Of a stretch of 20,068 nt of DNA, positions 1 through 9,647 are shown piece after piece. Source of the DNA: Promethearchaeota archaeon (GTDB taxonomy: Archaea > Asgardarchaeota > Lokiarchaeia > Sigyniarchaeales > SOKP01). A model generated the notes under the pieces. The model saw only the letters and a list, made by a program, of their open reading frames with translations. It did no database searches and was not told the origin of the DNA. Numbering within the stretch: position 1 is the first letter of the stretch; every line of letters starts with the position of its first letter. Made by a program: the position numbers and the translations under genes. Location: the NCBI GenBank assembly GCA_008080735.1, contig SHMW01000026.1, positions 1 to 20,068 of the forward strand, in the 5' to 3' direction.

Positions 1-312
1 ATGATTAAAGCCATGCTTCATTAAATACATAAAAACCATCATTTAGAAAAATACTTTTAAGAATAATACTAGTTATTCTTATTTAAAATTTGATCTTTTA
101 TCCTATTTTCGTTTATAATTAGGAAAAGATATATTATTTTTTCTTTATTCTACCATAAATTTCCTTTTAAAATAAATTAATGGTTATTTAGCTAATAAAA
201 ATCAGATATTTGTGTATATCATTTAATCTAATGAATTTGATCGTAGCCTTTGTTAAAAGAAAATAATTTTTTCTTATGTAAACCTTAAAAGAAGCTTAAA
301 ACAATTAATTGG

Positions 313-1791
313 CTATTTTAGTAATTTTACATGAAGATGAAGATGAAAAGTACGGGGTCCAAAAGTTACTAATATATAATAATTCTCTCTTCCTCCAATA
401 TCAAGTTCGCCTCCCGAAATAGGCAGAATTAATTGTCTATTTCCGAAATTAGTGGCAAGATCATGATCAAATCTATTAAAATCTGCTCTGTTCTCCAATG
501 CTCTAACAGTATGGAAATATTCAGAACTATCGTCTCTCCCCAATTCGGAAAATCTAAAATGAAGATCCAAATAATTTCCATACTCATGTTCGTTAGTAAT
601 TAAAGTAGTAGTAGTATGATATGATTTTAAAAATAGATTTCCCTCATTATAGTCAGGAAATTTTTCCTTAGCAGCTCTAAACACATCTTTAATAATATTT
701 GTTAAGAATATCAGTTGCGTTATACTATAACTCCGTAATTTCAATTTGTATGATACATTAATTTCATTCTCATTTTCTAATATATTTGCTTGGTTTATGT
801 TTAACAAGGTTTTGTATCTGTTCTTCTTTTCCTCTGAAATTTCGCAAATTTTGTTGTTTAACCGAACAGCATTTCTAAAAACCCAAGTTCTTAATAAACA
901 TTTTTGAGAAAAGGATATATCTTCGGTTGCCTCCAACAACCCTCTACACATTTGAGATGATTCTAGGGTGGGGCTGGCGCTCCCGATTACTAATCTATGC
1001 CAAGTGTTTTGAATAAATCCATCTATAGAAAACAAATTTTTAAAATATTTAGTAGGAGTCATTCCTCCTATACATCTTGGTTCTAATTCGAGCCAAAGAT
1101 TATTATAATAATGTAATAATTGATAATATAGTCCCAAATCTCCTGAAATGTCTAATCCACTTAGTATAATCTTAATATCGAGATGTTTACTTATAAAAGA
1201 TTGGATGATTTCTTTAGAAACAAATCCACTATGATATTCGGGAAAATAAAAATTACCAATATCTATTTTTAGAAATAAGCCTTCTTTTCTAAGATAATCT
1301 AATACCCTATTAAATTGAGCGTTCTCAGGATTATTTAAATCAAGTTTTGTATAAGAAGGATAAAGAACTATTCCTACGACATCCACTATTTCATCAATTT
1401 TTTTGAGTTCTTGTATTAGATCTTCATTTGGTTGAGTTAATGTAAATGATAAGATTGCCTTGAATAAATCTGGCTCATTCTTTGCTACATTAATCAGGTC
1501 TTCATTTTCAATTCCATATTCTCTACCTAAATTTAAAGCTTGAAGAAAAGCTATTTCTATATTAGAACATTGCAATTCTACTTTAAGATCATCTAAATCG
1601 AGCTTTCTATGATAAAAATAGGGATATCCTTCTAGATTTCTTAAAGAAAGGAGTTTTTGTAATTTTTCTGAACGTTCACAATTTTCAAATATAGGCCAGA
1701 CAAGACTATCAATCTGGGGATAAAGAAATGCATTTGCGTATCGTTCTCCAAAAATACACGAATAATCTGGCTGATATAAGCGTTCATTCAT
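313..1791 (-). CDS. Fusion: degenerate amidohydrolase-like TIM barrel (N-term) + YjbQ/UPF0047-like domain (C-term, ~aa 345-492)
   Basis: The C-terminus has YjbQ-like motifs HTTTTLITNE, YFH...N..DH, LILPISGGELDIG, FGPR. N-terminal segments GIVLYP, LKIDIG, IILSGL, NNLWLEL, RLVIGSASP follow the Amidohydro_2 strand order but lack the metal ligands. Confidence 0.7.
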   Translation of the reverse strand: MNERLYQPDYSCIFGERYANAFLYPQIDSLVWPIFENCERSEKLQKLLSLRNLEGYPYFYHRKLDLDDLKVELQCSNIEIAFLQALNLGREYGIENEDLINVAKNEPDLFKAILSFTLTQPNEDLIQELKKIDEIVDVVGIVLYPSYTKLDLNNPENAQFNRVLDYLRKEGLFLKIDIGNFYFPEYHSGFVSKEIIQSFISKHLDIKIILSGLDISGDLGLYYQLLHYYNNLWLELEPRCIGGMTPTKYFKNLFSIDGFIQNTWHRLVIGSASPTLESSQMCRGLLEATEDISFSQKCLLRTWVFRNAVRLNNKICEISEEKKNRYKTLLNINQANILENENEINVSYKLKLRSYSITQLIFLTNIIKDVFRAAKEKFPDYNEGNLFLKSYHTTTTLITNEHEYGNYLDLHFRFSELGRDDSSEYFHTVRALENRADFNRFDHDLATNFGNRQLILPISGGELDIGGRENYYILVTFGPRTFHLHLHVKLLK

Positions 1792-1848
1792 ATCTTTAAG
1801 AAAACTATAATTTTTAAATATTTTAGCTTTATGAAGGTATATTTCTAC

Positions 1849-2556
1849 TTAGAGATATTCCAGCTTAAATTCAAAGATTGCAATAATTTGTTGCACAATA
1901 TCTCTTAAAAGTTGTTTTTCTTCATCCAAAAATTCATGAGGTTTTAAATAATGAATATTTACCCGAAGGTCTTTATTATAAATTCTGTCTTGACATGTTA
2001 TTTTCCAGTCTGTTTTTATAAAATTTTTTGAACAATAATCTCTTCCTTGAAAGATTATTTGGGATACAATGTCGTCTGGGTATTGAAATCCTGATTTCAG
2101 ACTATCCAATACGCCATATATAATATCACCAACCGTACTAATCGGTTTAGATAATACATTTGAAATTTCATATAAACAATTTAATTCTTTAACCCTTTCT
2201 CGTAATTTATCTTCCGATTCCGCTAATTTTTCAGTGAGAATAGTTAAAATGATTCCAACGGAGAGAATAAATATCACCCTTACGATATTATCCAAAACAG
2301 ATTCTATTTGCATATTATCCCCTAGAAAAGGGAAAAAAATAAGGAAAGCGGACAAAATAATTACAATTATAAATCCACGTTTTTTCCACCAGAAAATAGA
2401 TAATGAAATGGGAAGATAAAAAAAATGAGAAAAAATAATATTGGTATTGAAAAATATATTAAAATAAAATGTTAAGAGAAATGAGATTATGACTAAAATT
2501 CCCACCAATACAGCTTTATAGATATTTGATTTGGATTTCTTAAAAGATTCTATCAT
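1849..2556 (-). CDS. Membrane sensor-like protein: ~4 TM input domain + coiled coil + short GAF-like domain, no output domain
   Basis: Four hydrophobic segments including FSHFFYLPISLSIFWW, then LRERVKELNCLYEIS...FQYP...NF..TDW, a segment typical of GAF-like modules in sensor kinases. Confidence 0.65.
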   Translation of the reverse strand: MIESFKKSKSNIYKAVLVGILVIISFLLTFYFNIFFNTNIIFSHFFYLPISLSIFWWKKRGFIIVIILSAFLIFFPFLGDNMQIESVLDNIVRVIFILSVGIILTILTEKLAESEDKLRERVKELNCLYEISNVLSKPISTVGDIIYGVLDSLKSGFQYPDDIVSQIIFQGRDYCSKNFIKTDWKITCQDRIYNKDLRVNIHYLKPHEFLDEEKQLLRDIVQQIIAIFEFKLEYL

Positions 2557-2670
2557 TTATTAACAAATTAATCAACTAATCAAACTATAATAATATTATA
2601 CAATTATAGAAATAAATGCAATTCTCATTTTGTATTTTTAGAAAATCTATATTACTAAAATCATAATTAT

Positions 2671-4668
2671 GTGTCTATGTTTCTAAAAAACCAAATCAAA
2701 AAAATCGCGGATGATTTCCCTATTATCATAAAACCTAATATAGGTCAGCCTACTTTTTTGAATCTGTATGATCTAAATGAAACTAACGAAAAAACTGGAA
2801 AAAAACTTGAATTTGAGATCTATGTAATAACAGATATATCCTTTAATAAAGATCTCATCATTGCATTTCTAACCAGTAAAATAAAACTCCAACCAATCTT
2901 AAAAAGTAGAGGGGAATTTAATGAGAGACGGGGGAAAAAGTATGATTTGAAGATTAGAAATGCCATTAAGATGGACTATGGTGATCTCAAAAATGTTGAA
3001 AATCCTTCTGAGGATTTTTGTGAGGCATGGGACATTTATCACAATATTGAGAATAAAGGGTTTAAAAACTCAAAACGAAATCACCTTTTCAAATGTTCTC
3101 TTGAACTAGAACTAAGTATTTCTCAGGAAATATGGAATCTCTTGGAAAATAAAGAATGTGTCCTATTTGACCTTATTTTAGAATATTCTTCAAAAAACCA
3201 AGTTAGAATTAATTATCATAGCTTAGCACTTTTCAATAAGAATTGGGAGGATTTCAGTTTTATTCATGCCTCTGATACTCATATTGCCAGAAGAAATGAT
3301 TTTATCTATGAATTTCTCCGAAATAAAGCACTCAAAAAAGTGGAAGGGGGATTTAGGGAAGAGAAAAGCGACGATTATTTCATATTAGAAAGGGAGTTCG
3401 AATTTAGAGAAGAATTTCAAGAAGAAAAGCTTGAGCGATTTCGCCACGGAAAATATAATTTCAATGATAATCTACGGCTTTTCATATCAAAAGCTAACGA
3501 AATGCAAAACAATAAACAATTAGATTTTATCGTTTTAACGGGAGATCTTACTGATTATGTTGATACAGCAAATTACGATAAATATTATGATAACAACTTT
3601 CAATTTTTACTGGATATCTTTCTTGGAATAACCCGAGATTTAAATCTAAAAGATAAACAACTTATGAATACAACCGAACTAATGGTGCCTATATTTACTA
3701 TTGTTGGAAACCATGATTATCGAAAAGGATTTTATAGTATTAAAACGGGAAAGATATATCAAAAATTTGGATTTGAAAGAAATGATATTAAAGATTACAG
3801 TGATGATAAATTTTTCAATTATTTTAGAGCTATATATTCCAGAACAAAATTCCTCCACGATTATTTTAGATTCATAAACCCCAATTTAAATTATAAAGTG
3901 GAGATCGGAAAAAAATTTTCACTTATTTTTCTTGATACTGGACTTGATTCAATTGCTAACCTATTTGGGTTAATGAGAAGCGCTCCGTCAACCCGGGGTT
4001 TACGTAAGTATCAAATCACCTTATTGCGTCAATATATTCAGCAGTCTAATGATCGTCGCATAATTATTTTTATGCATACACCTCCTCTATCTCCCAATCT
4101 TGGGTTATGGAAAAAGTGGAGATTGCGAAAAAAATTTGGCTTAAAAAGAGATATTGAATGGTATGATTTTTATGAACCACACATCAAAAAACACACGGGA
4201 AGCAAACGCATAGATTCAATTCTTAACTTTAAATATCAGACTATCATGTATCGCTGGAGTAAACTTATGGAGATTTTATCCGGATCTGATAAGGTTGTAA
4301 AACGAAGAATTGATATGGTCTTTTGTGGCCATACCCATACATTAAAAGAATTTAGGATTGAAGAAGCAAAAGACGGAGAGAAAAAGAAAGTAAACTATGG
4401 GTTTTATTTTATTCCATATTTTATAGATGTACCATGCAAGATTTTTACTAATAGATACAGAGATATTATTGAATTATTTGATGATAAAGAGAGCTTACAA
4501 GCGTGGTTTGATGCCAAAAAGCCGTTTATCTTTCAGACTCAAGGTTTAGGGCCATTATCTTCAAAATCTAAAGTGAAATCTCCTGGGTTTCGATTAATAA
4601 CCATTGAAAATAATCTGGTGACAGATATAGACGTATATTCAATGCAGATAAAAGAAAACGAAGGATAA
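2671..4668 (+). CDS. Calcineurin-like metallophosphoesterase with a long N-terminal extension
   Basis: All five motifs present: HASDTH, TGDLTD, GNHD, MHTPP, GHTH. Start could be GTG 2671 or ATG 2677. Confidence 0.85.
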   Translation: MSMFLKNQIKKIADDFPIIIKPNIGQPTFLNLYDLNETNEKTGKKLEFEIYVITDISFNKDLIIAFLTSKIKLQPILKSRGEFNERRGKKYDLKIRNAIKMDYGDLKNVENPSEDFCEAWDIYHNIENKGFKNSKRNHLFKCSLELELSISQEIWNLLENKECVLFDLILEYSSKNQVRINYHSLALFNKNWEDFSFIHASDTHIARRNDFIYEFLRNKALKKVEGGFREEKSDDYFILEREFEFREEFQEEKLERFRHGKYNFNDNLRLFISKANEMQNNKQLDFIVLTGDLTDYVDTANYDKYYDNNFQFLLDIFLGITRDLNLKDKQLMNTTELMVPIFTIVGNHDYRKGFYSIKTGKIYQKFGFERNDIKDYSDDKFFNYFRAIYSRTKFLHDYFRFINPNLNYKVEIGKKFSLIFLDTGLDSIANLFGLMRSAPSTRGLRKYQITLLRQYIQQSNDRRIIIFMHTPPLSPNLGLWKKWRLRKKFGLKRDIEWYDFYEPHIKKHTGSKRIDSILNFKYQTIMYRWSKLMEILSGSDKVVKRRIDMVFCGHTHTLKEFRIEEAKDGEKKKVNYGFYFIPYFIDVPCKIFTNRYRDIIELFDDKESLQAWFDAKKPFIFQTQGLGPLSSKSKVKSPGFRLITIENNLVTDIDVYSMQIKENEG

Positions 4669-4671
4669 GAT

Positions 4672-5631
4672 CTAATGGTCCTCCATAAACCTAATTACAT
4701 CTTCATAGCTATGGTCTGTCATAGGTCCAAAGGTTTCTACTTTTAAAGCACCTACCGCATTCGCAAATTTTCCAATTCTTTGAAGATCCCATCCTTGGAG
4801 TAATCCCACAATAAAAGCTCCGCCAAAAGAATCACCTGCACCAGTAGGATCTTTTTCTTCGACTTTAAAAGAAGAGACGCTAATCTCTTCCTCATTATCT
4901 TTACTAAAAATTGTAGATCCATCGCTTCCTTGCTTCAACACTACAATATCAGGTCCTTTATTTAGTAAGGTAAGACAAGCTTCTTTACTACCTTCCACTC
5001 TTGCCAACATTTCTGCTTCTTCACCACTGGGCAGTAGAATTGTCGTCTGTTCTAACACAGGTTCACAGATTTCCAAGATTATTTCTATATCAAGCATTTC
5101 GGGTCTCAGATTTGGATCAAAACTAATAACCACGTCAGGATTTTGGTCTTTCGCAATCTTAATAGCCCGATAGCATGCTTCCCTTGATTGCTCGCTTATG
5201 GAAAGCGCACTACCCATAATATGAAGAGCTTTTATATCAGTAAAATAATTCTTACTGACATCTTTAACAGAGGTTTCTCCCGCAGCTCCAGCAGCGAAAA
5301 TGAATTTTCTTGAGCCATCGGAATTATATTGATTAAATGCTATTCCTGTCGTTTGATGTGAATCTATTCGTATTTGAGAGATATCAATATCATCTCTCTC
5401 CATTTTTTCGATGATACATCTTCCAAATTCATCATCTCCCACGACGCCTACATAGCCTGTCGTCATATTAAAGTGTTTCGCCATTCTCGCTGCGGAGTCG
5501 ATAAATATGGCGGGAGCTCCGCTTGGATATGGGCCTTTATAAAATTCGCCAATTTCCCCGTGGGGAACGTCCACTGTGGGTCGCATTATTTCTACTAATA
5601 ATTCACCTAATGAGATAATATCCGGAGACAT
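4672..5631 (-). CDS. PfkB/ribokinase-family carbohydrate kinase
   Basis: GELLVE, PSGAPAI, VGDDEFG, SFDPNLR and the C-terminal signature DPTGAGDSFGG. Purine-rich GAGGGAAGGAAG upstream. Confidence 0.92.
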   Translation of the reverse strand: MSPDIISLGELLVEIMRPTVDVPHGEIGEFYKGPYPSGAPAIFIDSAARMAKHFNMTTGYVGVVGDDEFGRCIIEKMERDDIDISQIRIDSHQTTGIAFNQYNSDGSRKFIFAAGAAGETSVKDVSKNYFTDIKALHIMGSALSISEQSREACYRAIKIAKDQNPDVVISFDPNLRPEMLDIEIILEICEPVLEQTTILLPSGEEAEMLARVEGSKEACLTLLNKGPDIVVLKQGSDGSTIFSKDNEEEISVSSFKVEEKDPTGAGDSFGGAFIVGLLQGWDLQRIGKFANAVGALKVETFGPMTDHSYEDVIRFMEDH

Positions 5632-5779
5632 TTCTTCCTTCCCTCAATTGAAAAATATTTGAAAAGTTTTTATATTTTTAGATAAATAATATGCGTAGTT
5701 CTTCATAATTTTAATCAAAAAGGGATTCATTTCACACTCGAATGGCAAGTTATTTAATATCTAAGATTAAAGTATAAAT

Positions 5780-6856
5780 ATGTCAACTAAAGAAGAAATA
5801 AAAAGTTCTGAGACAAATTTGGAAGGATTTTTATCAAATTATCTCGTTATTACAGGAATGGTAGCTATATTTATCTTTTCGTTTTTATTTCAGCTATATT
5901 TTGAAAATTTAGATGAAATTTTTATTTCTACCATTCTGAGGAATGAATTTTTGCGACCTATTTGCGATCCATTCTGGTTAGTGGTTTATTGGGGAACAGT
6001 GGCTATTTTCTTTCTTGCTATAGCTGTATATTTTGTTTTTGATAATAAACGAGGAATGGGATTAGCGGTAGTTGCGATAGTAGTCTTAGGAGGATTATTT
6101 TTAGGAGATGCCCTTAAATCCTTCTTTGGTCTCTTTGGTATCCAAAGGCCAGATATTCCTATCGATTGGATTCCAGATTTTTATGCGGATTTTTTACCCA
6201 CTCGGACAGAGACAAGCGATTTTCCAGGTCAATCTGTATTGGTTCCCGCGGCTCTTTCAGTTTATTTCTATCTGAAGAATCCCAAAAAATGGAAAAAAGT
6301 AGTTTTTCCTGTTTATGTGGGGCTTATGATGCTGGCACGACCCTATGTAGGAGTTAATCATTTTTCGGCAAATATTGCCGGCACAATTCTCGGAATATAT
6401 ATTGGATTGGTAAGCTATAAATACACGCCAAAAGTACGACAACTTGAAATATTCAAAAGCAAGATAATTAAATTCTTAATCGCAGTCGGTTTATTCGGGC
6501 TTATGATAATTATTTATACGACACAACGCCCCTTCTTAATTGAACCCGCGCAGGGAGTAGATCTTGATGTTCGGATGTTTATGATGGTACTTGGGGGATT
6601 TATAGGATTATCTCTCACAGAATATCCAAAGGAACTGAAGTTCCAAATTGATTCTCCAAACAAGAGACTTATTCATATATTCAGCATAATTCTTTGCTAT
6701 ATAGTGCTTTTCGGGTTATACGTTCTAACCTTAGTCCTCGGACCCTCTTTGCTCTGGATTGGGATTATTATAGGTTTTTTTGATGGGTTATGGATTGCCA
6801 TTGGAGGTCCACTGTTAGTGGAATATCTTAATAAGGAAAATATAATACAAACTTAA
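5780..6856 (+). CDS. PAP2-family polytopic membrane protein with degenerate catalytic motifs
   Basis: Many TM segments. K....GIQRP (C1-like), FPGQS (where PSGH is expected), ARPYVGVNHFSAN (where SRxxxGxHxxxD is expected). Confidence 0.75.
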   Translation: MSTKEEIKSSETNLEGFLSNYLVITGMVAIFIFSFLFQLYFENLDEIFISTILRNEFLRPICDPFWLVVYWGTVAIFFLAIAVYFVFDNKRGMGLAVVAIVVLGGLFLGDALKSFFGLFGIQRPDIPIDWIPDFYADFLPTRTETSDFPGQSVLVPAALSVYFYLKNPKKWKKVVFPVYVGLMMLARPYVGVNHFSANIAGTILGIYIGLVSYKYTPKVRQLEIFKSKIIKFLIAVGLFGLMIIIYTTQRPFLIEPAQGVDLDVRMFMMVLGGFIGLSLTEYPKELKFQIDSPNKRLIHIFSIILCYIVLFGLYVLTLVLGPSLLWIGIIIGFFDGLWIAIGGPLLVEYLNKENIIQT

Positions 6857-6909
6857 GCGAATAATATAAAAAATAACAACAAATTAATATATCGAGGTTA
6901 TAAATTACT

Positions 6910-7851
6910 ATGACAATAGATTCACACGTACATCTATTTTTTGAAGGAAGCGATCCTGAGGAATTTTTTATCGGATGTGCTCAGGCGGGAGTAACGATAT
7001 TCGGAAAAGATAAGCCTAAGGAAGATCACCAAGATGCAAGACAATTATATGAGCAACAAATGGATATTCTCTCTGATAAGGACGGAAGCAGATTAATACG
7101 AGAGATGGACAAGGCAAACATCGATAAAGCAATTCTTCTCCCACTAGATTTTTGGTTGAAATATCCTAAAGCAGAATATACGGGGATTTCCATCAAAAAG
7201 AAAAATGAGATTTATGCAAGTGTAGTTGAAACATATCCAGATCGGTTTAAAACCTATTTTGGAATAGATCCCAGACGCAAAGACGCTAGAAAATTGTTAG
7301 ATTTAGCGATGAAAAAGTGGCAGCCCGTGGGACTTAAGATCCACCCCACTGCTGGATTTTATCCAGATGACCCCATATGTTATCCTCTTTATGAACTTGC
7401 AATGGAATATGACTTGCCAATCTTAATTCATAGCGGTCAAGAACCTGCTCCTATGGAGGCAAAGTGGAGCCATCCTATGTATATTGACACCATCGCCGCC
7501 GATTTTCCCGAGGCAACGATTATTGTTGCTCATTGTGGTCACGGTTGGTGGCGTCAAACTCTGGATTTAGCAATCATGAAACCTAATATGTATGTAGACT
7601 TTTCTGGCTGGCAACCTTTATTTAATATCAATCCAGATTACTTTTGGGAACCATTACGATTCGCAATTGATACTTTAGGTCCTTGGCGAGTTCTCTTTGG
7701 TTCTGATGGTAGTATGTTGGATGTATTCCTTTCACCAAAGAAATGGGCAAAAGCGGTTTCCCATCCTTCCAAAACAACAGAAATAAAATTTTCAGAACGA
7801 GAGATTGATATCTTCACGCAGAAAGCAGCTAAAAAACTCTACAATATTTAA
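6910..7851 (+). CDS. Amidohydrolase family 2 metal-dependent hydrolase
   Basis: IDSHVH, GLKIHP, ILIHSG, VAHCG, YVDFS and LFGSD motifs are intact. Confidence 0.92.
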   Translation: MTIDSHVHLFFEGSDPEEFFIGCAQAGVTIFGKDKPKEDHQDARQLYEQQMDILSDKDGSRLIREMDKANIDKAILLPLDFWLKYPKAEYTGISIKKKNEIYASVVETYPDRFKTYFGIDPRRKDARKLLDLAMKKWQPVGLKIHPTAGFYPDDPICYPLYELAMEYDLPILIHSGQEPAPMEAKWSHPMYIDTIAADFPEATIIVAHCGHGWWRQTLDLAIMKPNMYVDFSGWQPLFNINPDYFWEPLRFAIDTLGPWRVLFGSDGSMLDVFLSPKKWAKAVSHPSKTTEIKFSEREIDIFTQKAAKKLYNI

Positions 7852-7870
7852 TCTTTTTTTTTCTATTTCT
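7852..7870 (+). terminator. Putative archaeal oligo-T terminator
   Basis: Run of nine T immediately after the amidohydrolase stop codon. Confidence 0.4.
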
Positions 7871-8024
7871 GTGTTTCATTTTAAAAGGTCCCAAACCATA
7901 ATAAAAAATCGATACTCTATTCTTTTAATCCCCAAATCATTCTAAACATTTTTTATCAATTATTTTTAAATTTATAAGTCATAATCTTCTTTTATACTCA
8001 AAAAACAATAAAAATTTGATAAAT

Positions 8025-8501
8025 ATGGCTGAAAATAGGAAAGAAATTAATCCATATGAATATGTTGAACATTTCTTTAGTCAAACCGGACTTTTAGTGT
8101 CTATGGGAAAAAAGAGTGAAAAAAATGTTATGGCTTTAGATTGGAAGACACTCGGTGAGCTTTGGCATATCCCGGTAATTACCGTAGCAGTTGCTCCAAG
8201 CAGGTATTCTTTCAAATTGTTAACGGAGGGAATAAGGGAATTCACTGTAAATATACCTTCATCTAATATCTCAGAAGCGATTATGGTTGCGGGGTCCTCT
8301 TCTGGAAGAAATACTGATAAATTTCAAGAAGCTAATCTGAATGCAATAGACGGAAAAAACACCAAAGTCCCCACGATTCAAGATTGCCTGTTGAGTTATG
8401 AATGTGAAATCGTCCATGAGACAAAATCAGGGAATATGGCCCCACATCACTTGTTTTTTGGAAAGATCCTCAAAGCATATGCATCCAAAGATATTTTATA
8501 G
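8025..8501 (+). CDS. Flavin reductase-like FMN-binding protein (flavoredoxin-like)
   Basis: NVMALDW, VAVAPSRYS, EFTVNIP, GSSSGRNTDKF, YECEI, HHLFFGKI. ATG 8025 is preferred over TTG 8016. Confidence 0.88.
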   Translation: MAENRKEINPYEYVEHFFSQTGLLVSMGKKSEKNVMALDWKTLGELWHIPVITVAVAPSRYSFKLLTEGIREFTVNIPSSNISEAIMVAGSSSGRNTDKFQEANLNAIDGKNTKVPTIQDCLLSYECEIVHETKSGNMAPHHLFFGKILKAYASKDIL

Positions 8502-8728
8502 AAAGATTAGTTTTTTTTAAAAAATTTTTATTTCCTATTATTTTCTTACCAGATCCATTTATTTAAAGCCACTAAGTCTTTTTTTGAAAACATAAGTGCG
8601 GATTGGTATTTTTCGTGAAAATTTATCAAAAATACTAGAACTACTACTATATTAGACAGATTTCAGAATTTTTATGATGTATTGTAAAATTTAAAAAGAT
8701 AGTGGATTTATAGTAAAATGATGAATAT

Positions 8729-9484
8729 ATGAACACTCTTTTTGTAATTATTCTTTTTGGTTTCTTAATGAGTTTGATCGCTTGGATAGGTTTAATTACT
8801 TTATCTATTAAAGAGAATATTTTGAGAAAAATTTTATTAATATTAGTAGCTTTTTCTGCGGGGGCATTATTAGGGGGGGCATTTCTTCACCTAGTGCCCG
8901 AGAGTATTATCAATGGTGGGGATATAATGAGTGTATTTATTTGGTTATTAATTGGTTTCTCAATCTTTTTCTTATTAGAACAATTTCTTCAATGGCAACA
9001 TCAACATCGAGTACCTTCAGAATATAAACCCCCAGTGGGATATTTAATTCTAGTCGCGGATGGTTTACATAATTTTATTGGAGGGTTAGCAATTGCCAGT
9101 TCTTTTATGGTGAGTTTCGAAGTAGGAGTTATCACATGGATTGCGGCAGCAGCGCACGAAATTCCACAAGAATTAGGAGATTTCGGAGTCCTTTTGCATA
9201 GTGGTTGGAAAAAAAGAAATGCGTTAATCTTTAATTTTCTTTCCGCTTTAACCATAATTCCTGGAGGGATAATAACTTTTTATATTTCTGGAAGTTTTGA
9301 TACAACCTTTCTCTTACCTTTTGCTGCGGGGAATTTTTTATATATAGCCGCTTCAGACCTAATTCCGGAGATAAAACATGGGAAGAAAGATTATGGAGAG
9401 TCGGTATTGACGAGATTAGGACATTTTTTCGCTTTTATTGTGGGTATCTTTTTCATTTTATTAGTGAGAATTATTTTTGGATAA
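8729..9484 (+). CDS. ZIP family zinc/divalent metal transporter
   Basis: AFSAGALLGGAFLHLVPE, ADGLHNFIGG, AHEIPQELGDFGVL and YIAASDLIPE signatures, with a His-containing loop QHQH. Confidence 0.93.
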   Translation: MNTLFVIILFGFLMSLIAWIGLITLSIKENILRKILLILVAFSAGALLGGAFLHLVPESIINGGDIMSVFIWLLIGFSIFFLLEQFLQWQHQHRVPSEYKPPVGYLILVADGLHNFIGGLAIASSFMVSFEVGVITWIAAAAHEIPQELGDFGVLLHSGWKKRNALIFNFLSALTIIPGGIITFYISGSFDTTFLLPFAAGNFLYIAASDLIPEIKHGKKDYGESVLTRLGHFFAFIVGIFFILLVRIIFG

Positions 9485-9647
9485 TAACGAGAACTAAATT
9501 AGAAATTCATAAGAAACCCTATTAGGAAAGATATGAATATAAAAAAGATCAAGATAAAATAGATATTTTTAAATATTATTCGAAACTTGTTTGTAAATTA
9601 AATTCAAAAAAATATAAAATTAAAAATCTGAAAGAAGTAAAACTTAA

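Noticed and set aside
1-312. Possible ncRNA or CRISPR repeats in the AT-rich flank
   Set aside because: No GC-rich stems, cloverleaf or regularly spaced repeats are visible.
9504-9538. Loose hairpin ATTCAT...CCTATTAGG...ATGAAT after the ZIP gene
   Set aside because: Arms are short and interrupted, compatible with chance in AT-rich DNA.
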